Assembly: GCA_951406725.2 (NCBI GenBank)
Contig: OX597842.1
Location: 17,174,001-17,238,000, forward strand
Direction: 5' to 3'
Source: Octopus vulgaris
Lineage: Eukaryota
DNA length: 64,000 nt
Part shown: piece after piece, positions 56,721 through 64,000 of the stretch
How positions within the stretch are numbered: the first letter of the stretch is position 1
How the letters are laid out: each line of letters begins with the position of its first letter
Program-made: the position numbers and the translations under genes
Notes under the pieces: model-generated
Databases searched by the model: none
Seen by the model: only the letters and a program-made list of their open reading frames with translations
What the model was told of the DNA's origin: nothing

Positions 56721-58082
56721 AAAGAATCAGAATAATTAGAGCGTAGAACACAATGTTCGTGGTATTTAATTCCGGATCTTCATTTTCCGAGTTCGATTTC
56801 CGCCGAAGTCGACTTTGCCTTTCATCCTTCAAGGAACGATAGCATAATGTGACAAACGTCATCAGATCGTAGAGACGCGGGATTTCATAGACAGCAACAC
56901 AACCGAGAGTGTCTCGATATTGAATCAGTGTGTTGACGAGGAATACTTCTAGGTTACGAAAGAGACTGGTACAAATGGATCAGAATGCGGAATGGTTCAA
57001 TCTCGTCATCGGTCCTTTGGTGTAAGAAAAGCGCGAAGGTTAAAAGGCGTTATGAGCATTATAACTAAGAAGAAAAGGGGATTTAAGGAGGAGTTTGGAA
57101 AGCGATGATTTAACACCTGAATTGGATCGATGAGGAATAAATATTTTGAAGTAGAATAGCAAAGAGTTTCAACTGCTAAGATTGAAATAAGAATGGTGAG
57201 TGGTTATAAGTGTAGGAATATAGGGTTGAGTAGACATGAGGTGGAGAAAGAAGGGGAGAGATTATGAGAAGGTTCTGTGTCAGCGAGGAACGACGTTTGT
57301 CTTGCATTTTAAAAGGAAGAGGTGGAAGGATGAAATTCACGAATATGTAGATGGGACAGTAAAAATGCATTTAATTCGAGACGAACTTCAGAAAAGCTAC
57401 ACTCTACCAGGGTCAAAAGAACTTGTTGGACAAACCTACACAGCTACACTACCCCAGCATTTGGTCAGAATCTACTGTCCCTCTGGCATCCGCTCCACCT
57501 AAGAGTCTTGACCAAGGAAGAGGCAGATCAAAAGCCCCTTTCTTGAGGTGATGTCACAACTCCTTTACTTCCGTTCCTGATATCTCTCTTGATTCCTCCA
57601 CAGAACATCGATATGTCTTTGATGTGGGATCGATTCTTGCTGGTTTTGTCTTTGTTTTATCCTGATTTTGTCAGGATTTTCTAGTTCCTATAGATGCAAC
57701 AAAACTTTTAGAAAGACTCCGAAATCATGACACATTAGTTAGTAGTCTGATTCTCTGTCTCGTAAGTCAGCCACGTTTTCCTCTCAAACCCAATCACTTT
57801 CTGTCTTAACTTTTCATTTCTAACGCGACATAGCATTTCGTCTTCTCATTTTCCTTCCTTCTGTCTTTCTGTCTGTCTGTCTGTCTCCCCCTCTCCTCCT
57901 CTCCCTCCTATTTCTTGTCTTCTCTAGTCTTTTTCTCCTGCACTCAAAGTCTCACTCTCCTGCCCCCACTGTTCTCTCCATCTCATTCTCGCCCTCCTAC
58001 TCTCTCCTTATATCATATCCTAGTCTCCTTTCTCTTCCTACAACTCTGCCATCCCTCATTTGAGTTTACTTTCTATTTGCAG

Positions 58083-58228
58083 GTGGAATTTCGGTTGAAA
58101 AAAACAAATGGTTATTATATATTTGATTTCAATGGAAAAGGGACGAATTCTACATCGTGGTTCCAGAAAGATAAACTCATTTCAAAGATGTGGTCGCAGG
58201 ATCCACACACTGTGACTTTCAATGCGAA
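58083..58228 (+). CDS. Gene B coding exon 3
   Basis: ttctatttgcAG|GTG...AA|GTatat. Translates VEFRLKKTNGYYIFDFNGKGTNSTSWFQKDKLISKMWSQDPHTVTFNA; paralogous to 305-447. Confidence 0.85.
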
Positions 58229-58377
58229 GTATATATCATCTCCTTACTCATAATTAACATCTTTAATTATTTAATAATTGTTCTTTTGAACACTTTCACG
58301 GTGTATATATAAGAGGAAATTTCACAGATATACTTTATACCTCATTGTTGCATAATATTATAATTCCATAATAATAA

Positions 58378-58600
58378 TCCTTTCTACCATAAGCAGAACG
58401 TCTGACGGTTTGTTGGGGGTGCAGGGGGGGGTAGTCGATGGCATCGGTACCAGTGTCAAACTGGTAATTATTTCAACGACCCCTGAAATGGTGATAGGCA
58501 AAGTTGACCTCGGCGGAATTTGAACTCAGGATGTATAGACGGACAAAATACTGCTAAGCATTTTATCCGGCATGCTAAAGATACTGCCAACTCGCTGCCT
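58378..58600 (-). mobile_element. SINE family 1 copy
   Basis: gacctcggcggaatttgaactcag..gctaagcattttatccggcatgcta. Confidence 0.7.
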
Positions 58601-58771
58601 TATAATAATGATAATGATAATGTTTTCGTTATGAACCTTAAGGCTTGACAAAAAGATCGATGAGGGTACAATTGATTTTGTGTGGGATTACATTAAAAAA
58701 AAGCATGAAAACATAGAAAATAACAAAAATATAAGAAAAACAATTTATCAATTGTAATATATTAGTTTCAG

Positions 58772-58875
58772 TTACCCGGAGTTTACCATTGCGAATGACC
58801 ACAGGATGATAGAAGCCAAAAGAAAAAGTGGAGATATTGAAGAGTACGATATTTCTTACAAAACGCCGACCGGTT
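58772..58875 (+). CDS. Gene B coding exon 4
   Basis: tttcAG|T...T|GTaagt; 104 nt. Translates (N)YPEFTIANDHRMIEAKRKSGDIEEYDISYKTPTG. Confidence 0.85.
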
Positions 58876-59678
58876 GTAAGTAAAACATCGCCTCTTGATT
58901 TCAGTGTAATTGATTGTATAACTCTGTGTTGGCGTGCGCGCATGCATGTGTGCGCGTGTGTGTGCGTGTGTGTGTGCATGCGCACACAGGTCTGGTTTTC
59001 AAGAAGCATTTTCGCATGAACATAGATCTTTAAAATAAATTTTCTTTAAAGCCAAAACAATGCAAGTTATAACAAAATATTAATAATACAAGTCAGTGGT
59101 TTATACTCTTCTCTAGTATTTCAGTATTTCGGAGCAAGGAATCCTCCTTCGGGAAATTTACGGAGAAACGGTGCTGATAACTGTTTTCCCTGCTCTCTGG
59201 CGTGTGATTATGAAGAGTTGGTTTGTGTTGTTATACACTGAACCTCAAAAGAAACGCGACATGTGTATGACTGTGAAATATGTTTTAATTTCTTTATGTC
59301 TGAGATCAATTTTGATAAATCTGATAAACCTATCAATGGATTCAGTGATAGGTTGAATATATATTTTCAGTGTCTAAAAAGCATTACGGTGAAAAAGACA
59401 AAGACAGTCCGTGAATTGCTAGAAATCGGATCTGATACATCACCAACTCGCCTCGCTCCTGCCGCTCCGTTTTCGGAAAACAGGTGCACAGTTATTTGCG
59501 GAATGGTCAAATTAATTTCAATGACACAAAAACCTGAAATATTATCAATTTTATTTAGTGTTTTCAGCGGTCAACTTAGTAACAAACTTTACTTTTGATA
59601 AGGATATATGTGTATATAAGGATATATGTGTATGTATGTATGTATGTATGTATGTATGTATGTATGTATGTATGTGTG

Positions 59679-59737
<59 letters not shown>

Positions 59738-59814
59738 GGAGGGGGGGATAATCATCCTAAAATTTCGTGTTAATTTCATTAATTTCTAACAATTTTTCAT
59801 TATTGTTTTTCCAG

Positions 59815-59861
59815 ATGTATATATTTACGAAGCCATGGTCATCTCAGTGATTTTGAAGTAG
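59815..59861 (+). CDS. Gene B terminal coding exon
   Basis: ttgtttttccAG|AT; (Y)VYIYEAMVISVILK*; the five exons total 720 nt in one frame. Confidence 0.8.
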
Positions 59862-59903
59862 AATATATGTTATTCCAGAAACTGCATATTCTTACATACA
59901 TAG

Positions 59904-59934
<31 letters not shown>

Positions 59935-60082
59935 CATACATACATACATACTTACATACATACATACACACACACGCACGCACACGCACACATTCATACA
60001 TACATACATACATACATACATACATACATACATACATACATACATACATACATACATACATACATACATACGGACGGACATA

Positions 60083-60261
60083 CATTGTTGTACAGTGTAA
60101 ATGCTTTGAATAATAATAAAGGACATCATAGACAGGACAGCGTTCAACAGATACGCTGTTAACTTAATGCTTTAATAGAAGAGAAAAACTCAAGATTTCA
60201 GAGGTGAGTCTTTCATCAGAAGAAAAGGAAAAGCCTATAGGAGTTAGAAAGATGAATAAAA

Positions 60262-60299
<38 letters not shown>

Positions 60300-61480
60300 A
60301 ACGGACAAAGTGTTAGGAACCGGATGAAATGCAGTTCAATGAGGAGGGAGTTAATAAGGGAAGAGGCATGGGTGTCTGTGTGAAAGTATTGAAGTGGAAC
60401 ATTATCTGAAACTGGACATATAGGAAAGTGTGTGTGTGTACGGTTGCTTGGGATATGCATGTGTCTAGAAGTGTGCAAATTCTGAAGTTTGGTGGTGTAG
60501 ATACGATGGGTATGCGAGATGATGGTGTGTGTGTGTGAGACAGTTGTCGTTAAGGAGAAGAAAGTGTGGATGTGAGGAGGTAGAAGTGAGCACGAGTGGG
60601 AAGGAGATGAAAAGGGGAGAAGAATGAGGAAGGTGTGATGGATGTGTGGGGAAGTATTCGAGTGTGAAACGGTTTCAGGCGGACGAAAGGTTTGTGCTGA
60701 AATAAGCATGAAAGAGAAAAGACACAAGTTCAGTGAGAGAAGAATGGTTAAAGAAAAAAATATTAAAAAATTTTAAGACATTGGTAATAATTAATAAAAT
60801 CCAGATATATGAAAAATGTATGCGAATTGCTAGTGAGTTGCCATTGAAGACAGGAAACTCGCAGTTAGTGATACGACTCCACCAAACGTCTGGAATGCCA
60901 GCGGATTGAAAATGGGCCGACTTATCGCGGTATTTCAGGATTTTGTTCCGATTGGCCGCAGAAGCTGTAGATCTCGCCCTGACCGCACCATCCACGATGT
61001 GAAGAGAAGCAAAGGAGTCACTAACTGTGACATCCAGACAAGGAATCTGTCTCGCGACCACGGGCACGGGGTGAGGCCGTCAGGTCTTTTCCTATCACAT
61101 CTGGACAATCCAGATGGTTCAGAGATTCAGGTGGCAAGAAAAACCACGGAAGCCCGTGGAGCCTAGGGGCCTGCCACTACGACAGACCAAACCCGTGCAT
61201 ACGTCAACTCACATTTTGAGAGCAATGGAGACACGAAGTTCGTCCAAGATGAGTAGGCCACCAACATTAGCCACAGGGATGGCATCAATGCAGTCATCCG
61301 AGTATTTGGCGCTAGCACACAGAAAGCAACACCTTGAAATCTGGTCCGACTGGATGAAGAGGGAGTCGAAGGTGGCCTTCGAAATTATGTTGTCTAAAGC
61401 TCTCTCACTCCGTCTGTCCTCCACCTCCTCAGGAGCAGACAATCCCAATTCCCTCCGGTGTTTGAGTAAGTATAGTTTTA
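60083..61480 (-). mobile_element. CRE-like RLE retrotransposon remnant, paralogous to 12457-13860
   Basis: Colinear with identical truncation point; ~90-95% identical in the stretches compared. Confidence 0.8.
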
Positions 61481-61528
61481 ATGGATGATAAAACTGAAAA
61501 GATGTACATTGTTTTTAGTCCTCAAAAA

Positions 61529-61601
<73 letters not shown>

Positions 61602-61622
61602 AATATACATGTATATCTATAC

Positions 61623-61679
<57 letters not shown>

Positions 61680-61699
61680 CATACATATAAATACATATT

Positions 61700-61807
<108 letters not shown>

Positions 61808-61947
61808 TGATATATATATATATATATATATATACATACCTATACTTATATATAAAATAAAATACGAAATAGGACAAGAACGCAAAACATTCGGACAACT
61901 CGGTGATACAAAATGGGACAACAAAACATATATATAAATATATATAC

Positions 61948-61995
<48 letters not shown>

Positions 61996-62033
61996 GTATA
62001 TATATGTATATATATACATATATACATATATAT

Positions 62034-62076
<43 letters not shown>

Positions 62077-62110
62077 ATATATATATACATGTATATATAT
62101 ATATATAATA

Positions 62111-62164
<54 letters not shown>

Positions 62165-62624
62165 AAAAATATGGTAAAGTAAAAGACTTCACTTTACCAC
62201 ACACCGAACTTTTCAGAAATAGCAGCCAAAAATTTGGCTATTTCTTCAACTGCAAATAAAAGTCTCTAGACAATGCATACTCAGAAAATAACTCACATAG
62301 GTATAAGGAAAAACAATGAAAGATCACATCCATATACGATACCCGAGGACAGTCTGTTTCTGGATTTGTGGGTAAAACGCCACTTTTCCTTCATCAGCTC
62401 AGAGATTTCTTCTGATTTAGATTTGAAAATACTAAGAATCAAACATACCCGTCCGATATCTGTAACATCGGACAAACCATGCAAGACACCCAGTACTAGC
62501 GAATCCAAAAATACGAATGAGATCTATTATTCTCCCTGTCCACCCACGTGAGTCATAGAGCATTACATTTCTGCAGAGGTAAAAACTGCAGTTCAAATTC
62601 TTGGAGATAAAGCATTATATTGTC

Positions 62625-62764
<140 letters not shown>

Positions 62765-62779
62765 CACATACATACATAT

Positions 62780-63050
62780 ATCCACAGCTTCTGCGGCCGA
62801 ACGGAACAGAATTCCTGAAATACCGCGTTAAGTCGGCCATCTACACTTTTTCCATCCTGTGGAATTCCACCTGTTTGGTGGAAGTGGACCACTAACTGCG
62901 AGTTTCCTGTTTTCACTGGCAACTCACTAACAATTCGCCCAGCAGAGGCAACTGGTGAGGCTCGTGACGGCGCTTTGCTGTTCCAGTATCTCAGCCTCGC
63001 CATCACCCATGGCAACGCGTCAAGCATACTGGCGTGCCCCAATAGCCTAA
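62780..63050 (+). mobile_element. CRE-like C-terminal fragment
   Basis: TGEARDGALLFQYLSLAITHGNASSILAC (QRLSLAVQRGNA-type terminus); counterpart of 14460-14590. Confidence 0.65.
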
Positions 63051-63249
63051 AGTGGTGAATTATTTTGTTTTTTTCTCTTTTTTCTTCTCTCTGTTTTATT
63101 TTTTATTTTTTTCATTTGTGTTTCCTGTTTTGTCCAATTTTCTAATATGATCTTGAAAAACGGTAAACACTGTGAAGGCAATAGATTACGGAAAAAAGTG
63201 TAAGACACAAGCAAGATTTTTCTAAAATTTCTGCAGAAACAAACTTGGA

Positions 63250-63709
63250 GTATTTTGTTTTGTGATTTGGTTTGCAAGATTCTTTATATGATTTCGTGTG
63301 TTGAAGCATATTCTGTTGTGTCTGAGCTAAGTGATTTTCTTTTTGTGCCTTATAATTTAACACACTCACCGTTAAAATGTCCACTTATTTCTTATTTTTA
63401 TTTTCTTAAAATTTTCGTTGCCTCTTGCAACCTTTTCATTAGTCCTGACTGTCCGTTTTTTACACTGCGTTCCCTTTTCCTTGTTTGTGCTCATATGTGG
63501 AATAGTGTGTGTGTTACTATACATGCATGCATGCATGTATGTATATTTGTATGTATGTAGATATGTATATATGTATATATGTCTGTGTGTATTTGCATGT
63601 GTATCTATGTATATATATATGTATGTATGTATTTATGTATGTATGTATATATGTATGTTTGTATGTACATATGTATGAATATATGTATGTATGCATGCAT
63701 GCATGTATG

Positions 63710-63743
<34 letters not shown>

Positions 63744-64000
63744 TGTATGTATGTATGTATGTATGTATGTATGCATGTATGTATGTATATATGTATGTCT
63801 GTGTGTGTTTGCATGTGTATGTATGTATGTTTGTGTGTGCATCTGTATGTATGTATTCTGCATATTTATGTGCTTGCATGTCCGTGTTTGTGTATTTCCT
63901 ATGCATGTGTGTGTGTAAGCGTGTGTTTGTATATGTATGCACCTCTGTCTCCTTGTGTGTGCATGTCTGTGTGTGTGTTATGCAACTATGTACCATGTTT
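63250..64000 (+). repeat. Repeat paralogous to 14680-15270, running off the window
   Basis: Colinear sequence. Confidence 0.75.

Noticed and set aside
56114-56739. Poly-R/E/S/L ORFs resembling protamine or acidic proteins
   Set aside because: (CTT)n/(ATT)n microsatellite inside a gene B intron; open in most frames.
57000-57480. Possible decayed CR1/L2 3' end
   Set aside because: Only faint motif similarity; not supportable without a profile search.

Overview
Eukaryotic, AT-rich, microsatellite-saturated genomic DNA. The SINE families, RTE/Penelope/R4/CRE content and (TA)n/(TATG)n density suggest an octopus/coleoid cephalopod (inference from remembered repeat families, not verified). Almost all ORF-track entries are microsatellite noise or retroelement fragments. 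Reading splice sites by hand reveals two tandem paralogues of a spliced gene on the + strand. Gene B has five coding exons (52108-52438, 54845-54936, 58083-58228, 58772-58875, 59815-59861) and encodes a 239-aa predicted secreted protein: signal peptide, PAN/Apple-like Cys module, and an unnamed C-terminal domain. Gene A contributes its last three exons (305-447, 4086-4189, 11088-11137). The paralogous exons are far more divergent than the duplicated 3' flanks. The ~41 kb between the genes is mostly TE: Penelope-like elements with inverted structures and hammerhead motifs, an RTE LINE with a twin-priming-type 5' inversion whose 5' end coincides with an HDV-like ribozyme, a near-identical ~9.3-kb tandem duplication, and CR1, Tx1, CRE, R4/Dong, Tc1 and SINE remnants. 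All identities were estimated by eye on short stretches; TE boundaries are approximate.
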